Shown: positions 1-10,084, numbered from the stretch's first letter. The stretch is 64,000 nucleotides of DNA from an uncultured Nitrososphaerota archaeon (GCA_964562935.1 CAZLVJ010000002.1:844-64843); one strand, 5' to 3'. The notes: generated by a model not told the origin, from the letters alone. Program-made: numbers and translations.

Positions 1-406
1 TTATCGTGAGAACCACATCCCCGGCCTTTACTCTGGCAGCCGTTCCTATCGGGTCACCAAAGGCGAGGCGCATGCCGTCTTGGAGCCTATCAGCCCCGGC
101 AAATGCCATCATCTTGTTTTCTCTGAGGACGTGATGGGGATAGGGGTGGATTTTGAGGAAGTAGTTGTTCTCGCCAAGCCTCGAGGATAGGTATTTGCTA
201 CACGCAACTCTCATAGCCTCCAAGGCGTTGTGCCTTATCTGCGCTGGCTCTTTAGCCACCAATTGAATCACTAGGGGGAAGTCAGCTTTCGTGTTCCCCA
301 TCGTGAACTTAGTGATCTTCGGTGGCGGAACTCCACGTACATACTCCTTTCTAGTATAAGCCGGTCCCTTAACGAGCCTATAGCAACGAGCTGGTCTCAA
401 GGGCAT
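1..406 (-). CDS. rpl10e: 50S ribosomal protein L10e/uL16 (3' end runs off window)
   Basis: Manual translation [10 protein letters not shown]...[11 protein letters not shown]...[26 protein letters not shown]; not in ORF track. Confidence 0.95.
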   Translation of the reverse strand, partial: MPLRPARCYRLVKGPAYTRKEYVRGVPPPKITKFTMGNTKADFPLVIQLVAKEPAQIRHNALEAMRVACSKYLSSRLGENNYFLKIHPYPHHVLRENKMMAFAGADRLQDGMRLAFGDPIGTAARVKAGDVVLTI

Positions 407-443
407 ATCCTGTGCACCTCCTCTCTAAGGGGCCGGGATCTTT

Positions 444-1154
444 TTAGCTTTTCCTCGCAGCATAGGAGCTGAGCTTTAAATGCACTTTATGCAAGAAGGC
501 CAACATAATCTGCATTTCTTTTTGAGACGTGAAGGACTTGCCCAATATTCTCTTAAAAGCCAGTTGAGCCTTTGGCCTCTTTTCTTTTGGGAAGTCAATG
601 AGGGTTAATATCTCCGCGAAGTATTTGAGGGCTACCTCTCTTAACTTCGCATTGGCCAGCTTCGCCTTGGGCCTTATGTAGACTTTGGATAGCTCGTAGA
701 GTATTACCGCCATAGCGTGGGTGACGTTCATTACGGGGTATTCCTCGCTCGTGGGTATGTTCACGAGGACGTCACACATCGAGAGCTCCTCGTTGGTCAA
801 TCCTATGTCTTCACGGCCAAAGATCAATGCCACTCTTCCCTCATAACTCATCAGCTCATGTAGGTGCCAAGGAGGGACGACGCTTCTCAAGACATTCCGA
901 GAACTGGCTAATTTACCCGTCGTGCCTACCTTTAAATCGAAGCCTTTTAAGGCCTCTTCTAGGCTATCGACTACGATTGCGGATTCGAGGACGTCGCGGG
1001 CTTTTGCAGCAAACATTCTCGAAACCTCCGTGATGGGGGTTCGGGGCCTCACGAGGCACAAATTCTTAAAGCCGAAGTTCTTCATGATCCTACAGGCAAA
1101 GCCTATGTTAATTTCGTACAGCGGTTCCACGAGGACTATCCTGAATTGGGGCAC
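444..1154 (-). CDS. trmJ: TrmJ-family SPOUT tRNA 2'-O-methyltransferase
   Basis: VLVEPLYEINIG..RIMKNFG, IFGREDIGLTNEEL, YPVMNVTHA motifs. Confidence 0.9.
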   Translation of the reverse strand: MPQFRIVLVEPLYEINIGFACRIMKNFGFKNLCLVRPRTPITEVSRMFAAKARDVLESAIVVDSLEEALKGFDLKVGTTGKLASSRNVLRSVVPPWHLHELMSYEGRVALIFGREDIGLTNEELSMCDVLVNIPTSEEYPVMNVTHAMAVILYELSKVYIRPKAKLANAKLREVALKYFAEILTLIDFPKEKRPKAQLAFKRILGKSFTSQKEMQIMLAFLHKVHLKLSSYAARKS

Positions 1155-1741
1155 CTTTTCACCTCTACTAGGAAGAGTTCTTCAAACCACAGTTTCCTCT
1201 TAGCTAATATCGCCGAGTTAAAGCTGACAGCTTTAAGCCTAGACATGATTTTCGCGATGTCCGAAAGAGATGAGAAGACGAAGTATAGCTTGCCATTCTT
1301 GCTCAACAACCTATCTAGGTCATCGATTATTTTCGCAATTAAAGAAGTACCGTCGGAACCGCCGTTCCACGACAATTCATCTATACGCGGATCTCCAGTC
1401 GATGGCAAGTAAGGAGGGTTCATCACTATGACGTCGAAGTCGCACTTGTCCCTCAAGGCCGTCGTCGCATCGCCACACACAAAGCAAGTCAAATGATCGA
1501 CGTCGTTTATTCTGGCGTTGAACTTTGCGTTACGGATGGCTTTTCTGCTAATATCTATGCCTACTACATAGCAACCTTTTAGCGCGCACTTTATTGCTAG
1601 AATCCCTGTTCCAGTCCCTACGTCGAGCACTAACTCCTCACCGCTCAAGTTCAAGTTGTCTAGTAGCAGAAATGTATCGTCGGACGGCGGATAGACTCCT
1701 TCCCACACATGGATGACCATGCCGTCGAAAACGAGCTTCAA
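1136..1741 (-). CDS. HemK2/PrmC-like SAM-dependent methyltransferase
   Basis: VYPPSDDTFLL, LDVGTGTG, NPPY motifs. Confidence 0.9.
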   Translation of the reverse strand: MKLVFDGMVIHVWEGVYPPSDDTFLLLDNLNLSGEELVLDVGTGTGILAIKCALKGCYVVGIDISRKAIRNAKFNARINDVDHLTCFVCGDATTALRDKCDFDVIVMNPPYLPSTGDPRIDELSWNGGSDGTSLIAKIIDDLDRLLSKNGKLYFVFSSLSDIAKIMSRLKAVSFNSAILAKRKLWFEELFLVEVKRCPNSG

Positions 1742-2589
1742 GGTTTCTTCCCCTCAGATATTAAGTACTCCTTCAGGACGTTGGATATATAAGCAAAGTC
1801 TGATGGTTTTAAGTCCCTGACCCTTTTGTTCATGTACCCCTCTAATCTCGCATCAGAGTACACCTTGTCATCTAATTTTAGCGATAGAAGTTTTGAAGTG
1901 ACAGTTCGCAGGGCCCTCCTTAGCAACTTGTTACGCTGAGTGAAGAGCCACTTGACAAGCTCCAAGTGCAAGTCCATGTCTATAATCTCATAGGGAGGCT
2001 TTCGTCTTTCAAACGCGACAACGGCCGAGTCGACTTCTGGCTCAGGGTAGAAGTCCGCTTTCCTTACTAACATAAGCAAGCGAGAAGAGAAAAAGGCGTC
2101 TAGAGAGACTGTTAGCCTTCCGTAGTCTCTAGTGCCAGGCTTCGAAGTTATGCGAAGAGCTAGCTCTTTTTGTAATGTCAGAACAGCCCTACTGAAAAAG
2201 CACTTCTGCGCTAATTTGAAGAGCAAGGGTGTGGCGATGTTGTAGGGGACGTTGGATATTACGACGTCGACCGAAGGCGGCGTAAACTTCAAGAAATCGG
2301 CTTCTATTAACACGACGTTGTCATAGCCCTTTAGCACCTCCTCTCGAAGGACCTTGCATAGAAGAGGATCGACCTCGATCGCGTAGACGAGCTTAGCTCT
2401 TGAGGCTAATGGCTCGGTTAAGGCCCCCAGCCCTGCTCCTACTTCTAAAACTACAAGATCGTCTACCTCTGAAAGCTCTACTATTCGCCGCGCGACTCTT
2501 TCATTAACTAAAAAAGATTGACCTAGCTCCTTCCTCGGTACTATGGAGTATTTCTTAATAAGTACCAAAGTACGTTCTCGCAAATTCAT
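1738..2589 (-). CDS. ksgA: 16S rRNA m6,2A dimethyltransferase KsgA/Dim1
   Basis: LGQSFL, EVGAGLGALT, SNVPYNI, YGRLTV, FYPEPEVDS. Confidence 0.95.
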   Translation of the reverse strand: MNLRERTLVLIKKYSIVPRKELGQSFLVNERVARRIVELSEVDDLVVLEVGAGLGALTEPLASRAKLVYAIEVDPLLCKVLREEVLKGYDNVVLIEADFLKFTPPSVDVVISNVPYNIATPLLFKLAQKCFFSRAVLTLQKELALRITSKPGTRDYGRLTVSLDAFFSSRLLMLVRKADFYPEPEVDSAVVAFERRKPPYEIIDMDLHLELVKWLFTQRNKLLRRALRTVTSKLLSLKLDDKVYSDARLEGYMNKRVRDLKPSDFAYISNVLKEYLISEGKKP

Positions 2590-3191
2590 GGCCCTGTTGC
2601 CTTTTCCTTAGAGACAGGTGGCACGGTAAACAGGTAGTACCTTTCGTTGCCCTTCAACTCTGTTAAAATCCTCTCAATCATTATGCCAACTATGTTGTTG
2701 ACTCCCGTCCTCTTCTCAAAATCCTCATAGCTAGCGAAAGGAGCCTTCTCCCTTTCCTTTATTATAATCCACATGGTCTTCTTTCCTATCCTAGGTAAGA
2801 GCTCGAGGGAGTGCATCTTAGTGGTCAAGGGTGGAGCGCTGTTCAAGAACTGTACGAACTTGTCCTCGCGCTCCCTCACTATCTTCTCTATCGCTCGGGG
2901 TAGCTCGTCTTTAGCGAAGGCCGTCAATTCTTCAAAGCTTAACCTCCTTATTATCCTATCTATCTTCTCTCTAAAACCCCTTCCTATGAAGACTCTTTCT
3001 CCGGGGGATAGGGGTACGTTCGGCTTTGGGACTAGCTCCAACAACATAAAGAAGTCCTCTCCGACCGCTTGTGCTATTGGTTTGCCCATGAAATGAGGGC
3101 GGCTCTCTCTGAGGTAACCTCTAGGGAGAAAATCTAGTATGTAGGCATATTCTTCAAATTTCTTCTTATCCCTAGTCCACAAATTTAACAC
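2586..3191 (-). CDS. DUF655 family RNA-binding protein
   Basis: EEYAYILDFLP, QAVGEDFFMLLEL, HSLELLPRIGKK; conserved position between rpoF and ksgA. Confidence 0.88.
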   Translation of the reverse strand: MLNLWTRDKKKFEEYAYILDFLPRGYLRESRPHFMGKPIAQAVGEDFFMLLELVPKPNVPLSPGERVFIGRGFREKIDRIIRRLSFEELTAFAKDELPRAIEKIVREREDKFVQFLNSAPPLTTKMHSLELLPRIGKKTMWIIIKEREKAPFASYEDFEKRTGVNNIVGIMIERILTELKGNERYYLFTVPPVSKEKATGP

Positions 3192-3218
3192 CTTCTAATC
3201 AAGAAGGTGGCGAAAAGC

Positions 3219-3548
3219 TTACCCAAGATACATGCGAATTAATTCTAGGATCTTCTCAAGGTCCTCGCTCAGGAAGACCTTGCTTTCTTTAATGAGCAAA
3301 GTCCTAAGTTCCTCTATCGATGTGGGCAAAACATTTGCTATTTGCACAGCAACAATCCTAGAGACCTGGAATTTGCTCATAAGTTCCTCGACGAGCTTCT
3401 CGGCTTTATCAGGAGGAATTTTTGAAAATTTAGAGGCATGAGAAAGGGCGACCATTTGATACGGCTCCAGGGGGCCTCGTTTTTGCCTTAATTCGAGTAA
3501 ATCGCGCACTTTTGGTAAGGGAATCTCCTCGACCTTCAATATCTTCAT
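3219..3548 (-). CDS. rpoF: RNA polymerase subunit Rpo4/F
   Basis: KFSKI..EKLVEEL..AVQIANVLPTSIEELRTLL; gene context. Confidence 0.9.
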   Translation of the reverse strand: MKILKVEEIPLPKVRDLLELRQKRGPLEPYQMVALSHASKFSKIPPDKAEKLVEELMSKFQVSRIVAVQIANVLPTSIEELRTLLIKESKVFLSEDLEKILELIRMYLG

Positions 3549-3600
3549 CTCTAAGCCCTCACAGCTGTGAGAAGCTAACTGTGAAGTATCTCTCGCGAGG

Positions 3601-3617
3601 AATAAATATATTTATAG
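3601..3617. promoter_or_regulatory. Putative bidirectional TATA region between divergent rpoF and rpl21e
   Basis: AATAAATATATTTATAG, near-palindromic AT block in the spacer. Confidence 0.5.
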
Positions 3618-3677
3618 CTTGGAGGCCCGCTACTCAACCTAAGCTCTCTGAAGGCATTTGAATGCAAGGCGATTAAG

Positions 3678-3977
3678 ATGAAGCGCTCTAAGGGTCTGAG
3701 GAGCAGAGGTAGGAGCCTATTATCAAAGCATCCACGCGAGAGCGGCATGAGAGGGCTAAGCTATTTATTAATAGAGTACAAAATAGGCGATAGAGTCTGC
3801 TTCGACATAGACCCTTCAAAGATTAGAACAGCCCCTCACAGAAGATACCATGGGCTTACGGGAGTGATAATAGGCAAGAGGGGCAGGGCATATGTAATTG
3901 AGACCAAGCTCGGCGATAAGCGCAAGGTAGTGATAACGACACCAGATCACATAAAGCCTCTCAGCACTACAACTTAG
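3678..3977 (+). CDS. rpl21e: 50S ribosomal protein L21e (inverted relative to neighbours)
   Basis: MKRSKGLRSRGR..PHRRYHGLTG..GKRGRAY..PDHIKP. Confidence 0.95.
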   Translation: MKRSKGLRSRGRSLLSKHPRESGMRGLSYLLIEYKIGDRVCFDIDPSKIRTAPHRRYHGLTGVIIGKRGRAYVIETKLGDKRKVVITTPDHIKPLSTTT

Positions 3978-5311
3978 TCTTCAACCTCTAAAACATCCAG
4001 CTCTAGAACCCTAAGCTTCGTGCCAAGAATTTCTTGAAAGCTCGGTGAAGTCCTACCCTCATCTCCATGAATGAGCTCCTTAACGTAGAGGCCACCTTGG
4101 CACTTTATCCAAACCTCGAAGGTATTATCTTTGACATCCATCACCTTTACTTCGTACACTTTCTTCATCCGTAGCTTGTCAGCTCGACGATGTAAAACTC
4201 TTCGAGGGGTCCACTGCCTTATTGTAGCCCCTTGAAAGTACTTACTGAGAGTCTCTAGTGTCCCTCTCTCTAAAGGCTCCTCAGTCATCACCAGCGCTCT
4301 GTAGGTCTTCGCCTTCACTTTGGCCGAGAGCTTAAGCTTTCCTATTGTGGACCTGTCCGTGTACGATAGGCCTAAGACCTCTACAATTCCTTGGGACCTC
4401 TCGTTGATCTCGCGCTGTAGCTCTTCGAGATTGATAAACCTCTTCTTGGGCTCCAGGACCTCTACGACAAAAGGCCTTCCTGAGCCCAAAACCCTTACGT
4501 CTATGTCCTCTCTTCCAGCCCCATGGAATCGGGCTCGGTGAGCTTCAAACTTCTCAATTATGGGCTTGGTTATAAGCTCCTCGACTGAGAGTTCGTAACG
4601 TTTTCCGGTCCAATTACACTCAGGACACCCTGTCCCCCTGCACTTAGAGCAGAACCATCTAGATTGAGGTACTCCACGAATCAGCTTCCTATAACGCCCG
4701 TATATGAAAACTGGGCTTGGCTTAATCTCTGCGACCATCTTATGAAAGTCTAGCACTATGAGAACGTCGGGCTTTTGAAACTCAGGCTTTTTCCCGGTCT
4801 TAGACATTATAATCAAGCTAGCCTCTCTATTTATCTCCCTCTTTATAGACTCCCCCCAATCTACCTCAAGGTAAGACCTTATGTCGTCCTCCTTCTCCAC
4901 TATGTTGCCAGGTACTTTGCACCCAACCAAGTACGTGTTGAAATCGTATTCGAGCAAACTGACGATGACTTTTTCTGCAAGCTGTCGCAAGGGTTCGTAA
5001 AGCAATCCCCCACATACCTCACACGGAGATGTCTCAGGTACATCAAAGCCGTTTTTGGCCAAAAGTTCTCTCGCGGCCTTGAAGCCCGTCTTTGCGATGT
5101 TTTGCAAGATGCTGATAGCTTCTTGGTCTTCCTTGCCCAGAAGACTTGAAGCTATCATGCAAATAACGGTCTTCAAGCTCGAGCCCCTAGTCTCATTATC
5201 CAAAGCGAAGCCCAAGTTCGCGAAGAACCTGCCAAAGCACTTGTCACAAAGCACAGCCCTCTTCGCTAGTTTAAGGGCTTTTTCGATGACCAAAGATGTG
5301 GCGCTCAGCAT
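3974..5311 (-). CDS. pus10: tRNA pseudouridine(54/55) synthase Pus10
   Basis: LCDKCFGR, GRYRKLIRGVPQSRW, GAGREDIDVR, GGLYVKELIHGDEGRT. Confidence 0.95.
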   Translation of the reverse strand: MLSATSLVIEKALKLAKRAVLCDKCFGRFFANLGFALDNETRGSSLKTVICMIASSLLGKEDQEAISILQNIAKTGFKAARELLAKNGFDVPETSPCEVCGGLLYEPLRQLAEKVIVSLLEYDFNTYLVGCKVPGNIVEKEDDIRSYLEVDWGESIKREINREASLIIMSKTGKKPEFQKPDVLIVLDFHKMVAEIKPSPVFIYGRYRKLIRGVPQSRWFCSKCRGTGCPECNWTGKRYELSVEELITKPIIEKFEAHRARFHGAGREDIDVRVLGSGRPFVVEVLEPKKRFINLEELQREINERSQGIVEVLGLSYTDRSTIGKLKLSAKVKAKTYRALVMTEEPLERGTLETLSKYFQGATIRQWTPRRVLHRRADKLRMKKVYEVKVMDVKDNTFEVWIKCQGGLYVKELIHGDEGRTSPSFQEILGTKLRVLELDVLEVED

Positions 5312-5343
5312 GTTACAATACCTCTAATGCTCAAACAGGCCCT

Positions 5344-6675
5344 TCAGATCTTAAAAGGCAAGGGCAAGCGTCCTTTCCTTTGTCTTCTTAGTACTGTCTT
5401 CATCATTCGTTTCATTGCTTCGTAGGTGTCTAGGAGCTCCCTAACCTCTTTAACCTTTACACCGCTACCTCGAGCTATCCTCCTCATCCTAGACCTGTTT
5501 ATGATCTCCGGATGTCCCAGTTCCTCAGCGGTCATCGATTTTACTATAACAGTCCACTTTTCGAGCTTTTCCTGTGCTATATCTGCAATTTCGTCAGGTA
5601 AGCTTAGGCCAAAGCCTGGTATCATCTCAAGAACCTTTCGCAACGGACCTAACTTTTTGAGCCCTTCGAGCTGATTAATCATGTCTTCCAGCGTGAACTT
5701 CCCACTAATTAAGCCCTTCATCTGCTCTTCTTTAAGCGAAGCCTCCTTCACCCTCTCTGCTAGCGACTTAAGGTCTCCCATGCCTAAGAGGCGGCCCACG
5801 AAGCTCGATGGCTCAAAAACCTCAAGCTCCTCTATTTTCTCCCCCACTCCCACGAACTTTATTCGCGCGCCCGTGGCGACAACGGCCGAGAGAGCGCCAC
5901 CTCCTCTAGCAGCTCCGTCCAGCTTAGTCACTATTATTGACCCCACTTTGGTTGCACTGTTGAACGCTTCTGCTTGAGGCTTGGCTTGTTGGCCTATCGT
6001 AGCATCAATCACGAGCATGACCTCATCCGGCCTTATAGCTTCTGACAATTGCTTCATCTCCTCCATCAAAGTGACCTCGCTTTTGTGTCGCCCGGCCGTG
6101 TCAATGATTATAACGTTGCAACCCATGCTCTTGAGGGATTCGACACCTCTAAGGGCTATTTCCACGGGATCTCCAGTCTTCTCGCCGTAAAATGGGACGC
6201 CAACCCTCATAACCAGTTGCTTTAATTGGTCGTAGGCCCCTGGCCTGAACGTGTCTGCGCAGACTACGCCTGGGCGATACCCCTTCCTCTTGTAGAACCA
6301 TGCCAGTTTAGCAGCAGTGGTGGTCTTGCCAGATCCCTGCACTCCTACTAACATAAGCACAATCGGTTTATTCGTGGGGTATAGTACGTCGGGCTGTCTC
6401 TCCCCTCCTAAGAGTTCTACGAGGGATTCGTAGAGGGCCTTTAACGTCACCTCTCTTCGAGTAAAGCCTGAGGGCACGGGCTCTTTGAAGGCTCTCTCCT
6501 CAATCTTTTGAGTTATCTTGAGGACTAGTTCGACGTTGACGTCTGCCAGTAAGAGGGCCCTCTGCACATCCCTTATCAGTTCCTTGACTGCGAGCTCATC
6601 TGCTACAGGCCTTCCCAAGAACTTCTTTATGGCCTCTCGGAGCGATGCACCTAACTTGCTTAACATCAATCTCAA
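5344..6675 (-). CDS. srp54: Signal recognition particle protein SRP54
   Basis: GVQGSGKTT, DTAGRH, TKLDGAARGGG, M-domain RMRRIARGSG. Confidence 0.97.
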   Translation of the reverse strand: MRLMLSKLGASLREAIKKFLGRPVADELAVKELIRDVQRALLLADVNVELVLKITQKIEERAFKEPVPSGFTRREVTLKALYESLVELLGGERQPDVLYPTNKPIVLMLVGVQGSGKTTTAAKLAWFYKRKGYRPGVVCADTFRPGAYDQLKQLVMRVGVPFYGEKTGDPVEIALRGVESLKSMGCNVIIIDTAGRHKSEVTLMEEMKQLSEAIRPDEVMLVIDATIGQQAKPQAEAFNSATKVGSIIVTKLDGAARGGGALSAVVATGARIKFVGVGEKIEELEVFEPSSFVGRLLGMGDLKSLAERVKEASLKEEQMKGLISGKFTLEDMINQLEGLKKLGPLRKVLEMIPGFGLSLPDEIADIAQEKLEKWTVIVKSMTAEELGHPEIINRSRMRRIARGSGVKVKEVRELLDTYEAMKRMMKTVLRRQRKGRLPLPFKI

Positions 6676-6729
6676 ATCCCTTGTTAGCGAATATGCTTAA
6701 ATCTATAGCGCTACCTTTCAGATTTTGCT

Positions 6730-7809
6730 TTGGACATGTACGACTTGAAGATTAACGAGGTCTTGGGCTTCGCACGCAAAAGAGGCGTAAAGAGGTTGCT
6801 CTTACAGTTCGCCGACGGATTGAAGCAGCATTCATGCTCTGTTATAGAAGAGTTTAGCAGGGAGCTACCAAACGTTGAGGTCATAGTCTCAGGCTCAAGC
6901 TGCTACGGTGCTTGCGACGTGGCGTTTGAGGAGGCGCTAAAGGTTAATGCTGATGGAATTGTTCACTATGGACACACCCCCTTTCCAGAGACCTTCGCTC
7001 ACGCCGATGAACTCGGTATCGACACGTTCTTCGTAGAAGCTTTTTCGAGGGCAGAGCTACTCTCTGAAGCAGTCGATAGAGCTCTTGACGTCTTATGTTC
7101 TATGAAGGGCGTCGTTGACGTGGGCGTCACAGCATCTCTTCAAGAGGTGCCTTGCATAGCGTTACTCAGGCAACGCCTCGAAGAAGAGGGCTATCGGGTC
7201 CACGTAGGCGTTGGCTCTGACAGGGTGAAGTACGCTGGCCAGGTCTTAGGTTGCGACTACACCTCAGCTCTATCCATTAAGGATAAGGTTGAGGTCTTTA
7301 TACACCTGGGCGGAGGTCTTTTTCACGCCCTAGGTTTAGGGTTGGCAACTCAAATGCCGGTAGTGCTATGCGATCCCTATCGAGGTGAGGCGAGGGAGAT
7401 AGGGCACGAAGTGAAAAAGGTGAAGTCGACGAGGCTCTACTACGTGGTCAGAGCCATGGAAGAGGCAAGGCAGTATTGCATAGTCGTAGGATGTAAATGG
7501 CGGCAGAGACATCTCTACTCTGCAATGAGAGTAAAGAGATTACTCGAGGAGAGGGGAAAGAAGGTCTGTCTTTTAACTCTATACGAAGTGTCGCCGCAAG
7601 CCTTAGAGAATTTTCCAGAGCCTGATGCTTTTGTTATAACGGCCTGCCCCAGGATTCCAATCGATGACTACATGAACTATAGGAGGCCCTTGCTGACGGT
7701 TCTTGAAGCATTAATAGTAGCTGGGGAATTAAAGCTCGAGGAGTGGTCTTTGTGTGATTGGAAATTTAACGAAAAAGCAACTCGCAATATTGCTCTCGAA
7801 AGTAGATGA
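6730..7809 (+). CDS. dph2: Diphthamide biosynthesis enzyme Dph2
   Basis: CYGACD, HYGH, GQVLGCD, GGGLFH, TACPRIPIDD. Confidence 0.93.
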   Translation: MDMYDLKINEVLGFARKRGVKRLLLQFADGLKQHSCSVIEEFSRELPNVEVIVSGSSCYGACDVAFEEALKVNADGIVHYGHTPFPETFAHADELGIDTFFVEAFSRAELLSEAVDRALDVLCSMKGVVDVGVTASLQEVPCIALLRQRLEEEGYRVHVGVGSDRVKYAGQVLGCDYTSALSIKDKVEVFIHLGGGLFHALGLGLATQMPVVLCDPYRGEAREIGHEVKKVKSTRLYYVVRAMEEARQYCIVVGCKWRQRHLYSAMRVKRLLEERGKKVCLLTLYEVSPQALENFPEPDAFVITACPRIPIDDYMNYRRPLLTVLEALIVAGELKLEEWSLCDWKFNEKATRNIALESR

Positions 7810-8392
7810 GCATCCGGAGCCCAAGGTCTTGCTAGAGCAGTACACATTGGCGAGCGAAGAGGTGAGCGATATACTGTGGACCATAGAAACGGCATTTGGC
7901 GACATAAGCGGGAAGGTGCTTGTGGACTTAGGTTGCGGGACTGGGAGGTTGGCCATAGGTTCGGCACTGCTTGGCGCGAGCTACGTCGTCGGCGTCGATG
8001 TGGACGAAGTCGCGTTGAGGGTGGCTGCCAAATCTGCCAAGAAGCTGGGGGTCGAAGATAGGACCTCGTGGGTTTTAGCTTCAGTCCAAAACCTCGACAT
8101 GAGAGCCGACGTCGTAGTTCAAAACCCTCCCTACGGAGTGAAAAGAGAAGGAGCTGATAGGCCCTTCCTAGAGGCCGCCCTAAAAATAGCTCCTATAGTC
8201 TATAGCCTTCACAAATCGGGCTGGAAGAATAGGCAGTTTCTGAAAAGGTTTATCAAGAGCTTGGGTGGAATAGTTGACAGAGTCATACCCCTTGAAATAA
8301 CTATAAGACCGACCTTCGAGTTCCACGCCAAGAAGAGCTACAAGGTTAAGGTGGACCTTTATAGGATAATGAGGAAGAGTGAAGGTTCATGA
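7754..8392 (+). CDS. METTL5-like RNA methyltransferase
   Basis: LEQYT, DLGCGTGRL, QNPPYG, YSLHK, FEFH. Confidence 0.9.
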   Translation: MIGNLTKKQLAILLSKVDEHPEPKVLLEQYTLASEEVSDILWTIETAFGDISGKVLVDLGCGTGRLAIGSALLGASYVVGVDVDEVALRVAAKSAKKLGVEDRTSWVLASVQNLDMRADVVVQNPPYGVKREGADRPFLEAALKIAPIVYSLHKSGWKNRQFLKRFIKSLGGIVDRVIPLEITIRPTFEFHAKKSYKVKVDLYRIMRKSEGS

Positions 8393-8967
8393 ACGAAAAG
8401 GTGTTGAAAGACGTCGTAGTCCCAGGAGAGGAAATAGGCGTTATAGAGGAGTTTCTGCCAGGAGAGGGCACCTATGTAGATGGCGGCTCCGTAAGGTCAA
8501 TGATTTTGGGCACGGCTATCTTGAAGGTCAACGAAAGAAGGGTAGAGGTTCATCCATTGATCAAAAGGGGGCCTCTTGTTATAGAGAGAGGCGACGTAGT
8601 GCTAGGAGAGGTCGTCGGGATGAAGAAGGACGTCGCGGTGGTGCTGATAAGGAAGGTCGAGGACAAAAACTTGGTCTTAAGCGAGCCACTTCACGGGATG
8701 CTTCACATAAGTCAGGTCAGCGACAAGTTCGTGGAGTTTTTATCCGATATGGTGAGGGTGACTGACATTTTGAGGGCTAAGGTGATAAACCCGAGGCCGC
8801 CGTATCAATTGTCGATAAAGGAAAGAGGGTTGGGCGTGGTAACGGCCTTCTGCACTAACTGCCAAACTCCCATGACTATTAAGAATAGAAAACTTTATTG
8901 TCCGAAATGTAGAGTGCAGGAGGAAAGGAAGCTCTCTGCGAAGTACTCGACAAACCTTAAGCTATAG
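8389..8967 (+). CDS. csl4: Exosome RNA-binding subunit Csl4
   Basis: VVPGEEIGVIEEFLPGEGTY, S1 domain, C-terminal CxxC-CxxC ERK. Confidence 0.93.
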   Translation: MNEKVLKDVVVPGEEIGVIEEFLPGEGTYVDGGSVRSMILGTAILKVNERRVEVHPLIKRGPLVIERGDVVLGEVVGMKKDVAVVLIRKVEDKNLVLSEPLHGMLHISQVSDKFVEFLSDMVRVTDILRAKVINPRPPYQLSIKERGLGVVTAFCTNCQTPMTIKNRKLYCPKCRVQEERKLSAKYSTNLKL

Positions 8968-8978
8968 TGGTTGATAAG

Positions 8979-9275
8979 ATGAGGATAAGGATATTGGAGA
9001 GGGGCGAGAGGGGCCTGAAGATAGAGATAATAGGAGAGGGGCACACCTTCTGCAATTTGCTGAGAGACTTCTTGCTGAGGAACCCTAACGTCGAATTCGC
9101 GGCTTATAGAATTGACCATCCGCTTGTCTCCAACCCGGTATTTTACGTGAGGACCAAAGACGGGAAGCCCGAAGAGGCGTTAAAGAAAGCGGCAGAAGAC
9201 ATAGTCGCTGCTCTTGAGAATTTTAAGAATATCTTTAGCTCTGCTTTAAGCAAAGAAAGGGCCTCTTCATCATGA
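8979..9275 (+). CDS. rpoL: RNA polymerase subunit Rpo11/L
   Basis: GEGHTFCNLL, VEFAAYRIDHPL. Confidence 0.95.
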   Translation: MRIRILERGERGLKIEIIGEGHTFCNLLRDFLLRNPNVEFAAYRIDHPLVSNPVFYVRTKDGKPEEALKKAAEDIVAALENFKNIFSSALSKERASSS

Positions 9276-9679
9276 AGAGAGAGCAAAGAGTTCTGGCCAT
9301 AACTGGAGACAGGCAAGTCGTAGTCTGCGTTCTGTTCAGAGGGAAGCTCTGGTTTGAGAGCTTAGAAGTAAGGGTTTTGGACGGGAAGGAGAAAGGCGAT
9401 GAGTTTTTCAAATCAAGGTATCTGGACCAAGCGAGGACAGTCCTCGTTGACGAGGGGCTTTTGAAGAGCTTTGAAGTCGACGTCGAAAAGACTTTTTTAG
9501 ACGTCTCGAAAAAGAGGAGGGTCGAAATAATATTAGTTAAGGAGAAGAAGGGGGACGACATCCTTATTTCTCATGAAAAAATTAAGAGATTGTGCGTCCA
9601 AGGCGATGTTCCAGAAGCTTTAAGAGTTGCAAGGAGGATTTTTTACGAAATACGCAATATAATCAGCAGAACGGTTTGA
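9272..9679 (+). CDS. Short, divergent DUF99 (endonuclease V-like fold) protein
   Basis: Position between rpoL and tfs; C-terminal VPEALRVA resembles DUF99 PEPLRVA; only 135 aa. Confidence 0.5.
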   Translation: MKREQRVLAITGDRQVVVCVLFRGKLWFESLEVRVLDGKEKGDEFFKSRYLDQARTVLVDEGLLKSFEVDVEKTFLDVSKKRRVEIILVKEKKGDDILISHEKIKRLCVQGDVPEALRVARRIFYEIRNIISRTV

Positions 9680-9680
9680 G

Positions 9681-10019
9681 GTGAGCACCCTGCTGCCTCT
9701 GTGTCCGAGATGTGGCACCCTTATGACGTTAAAAAGGGAGAACGAGAGGTCTTTCTGGGCCTGTAGGCGTTGCGGTTACTCCGAAGAGAGGGGACAGCTT
9801 GTAAAAAGAGAGCAGATAACTCACACGCAGAAGGAGAAGGTGATAGTCGTCGAAGAGGGAAGCTCCTATAAGGCCATGCCGAAGACAGCGGCTTCTTGTC
9901 CAGAGTGCGGGCACAATGAAGCCTTTTACTGGATGGTTCAGACGCGCAGGGGCGATGAGGGTATGACGAGGTTCTATAGATGCGTAAAATGCGGAAGGAC
10001 GTGGAGGGAATACCATTAA
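9681..10019 (+). CDS. tfs: Transcription factor S (TFS/RpoM)
   Basis: Two zinc ribbons; QTRRGDEGMTRFYRC acidic hairpin. Confidence 0.95.
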   Translation: MSTLLPLCPRCGTLMTLKRENERSFWACRRCGYSEERGQLVKREQITHTQKEKVIVVEEGSSYKAMPKTAASCPECGHNEAFYWMVQTRRGDEGMTRFYRCVKCGRTWREYH

Positions 10020-10084
10020 CTAAGACGAGCGTTGATTAGAGTTAAATATTGAAGTGCACACAACTCTAGCTAGGAGGGCGACTT

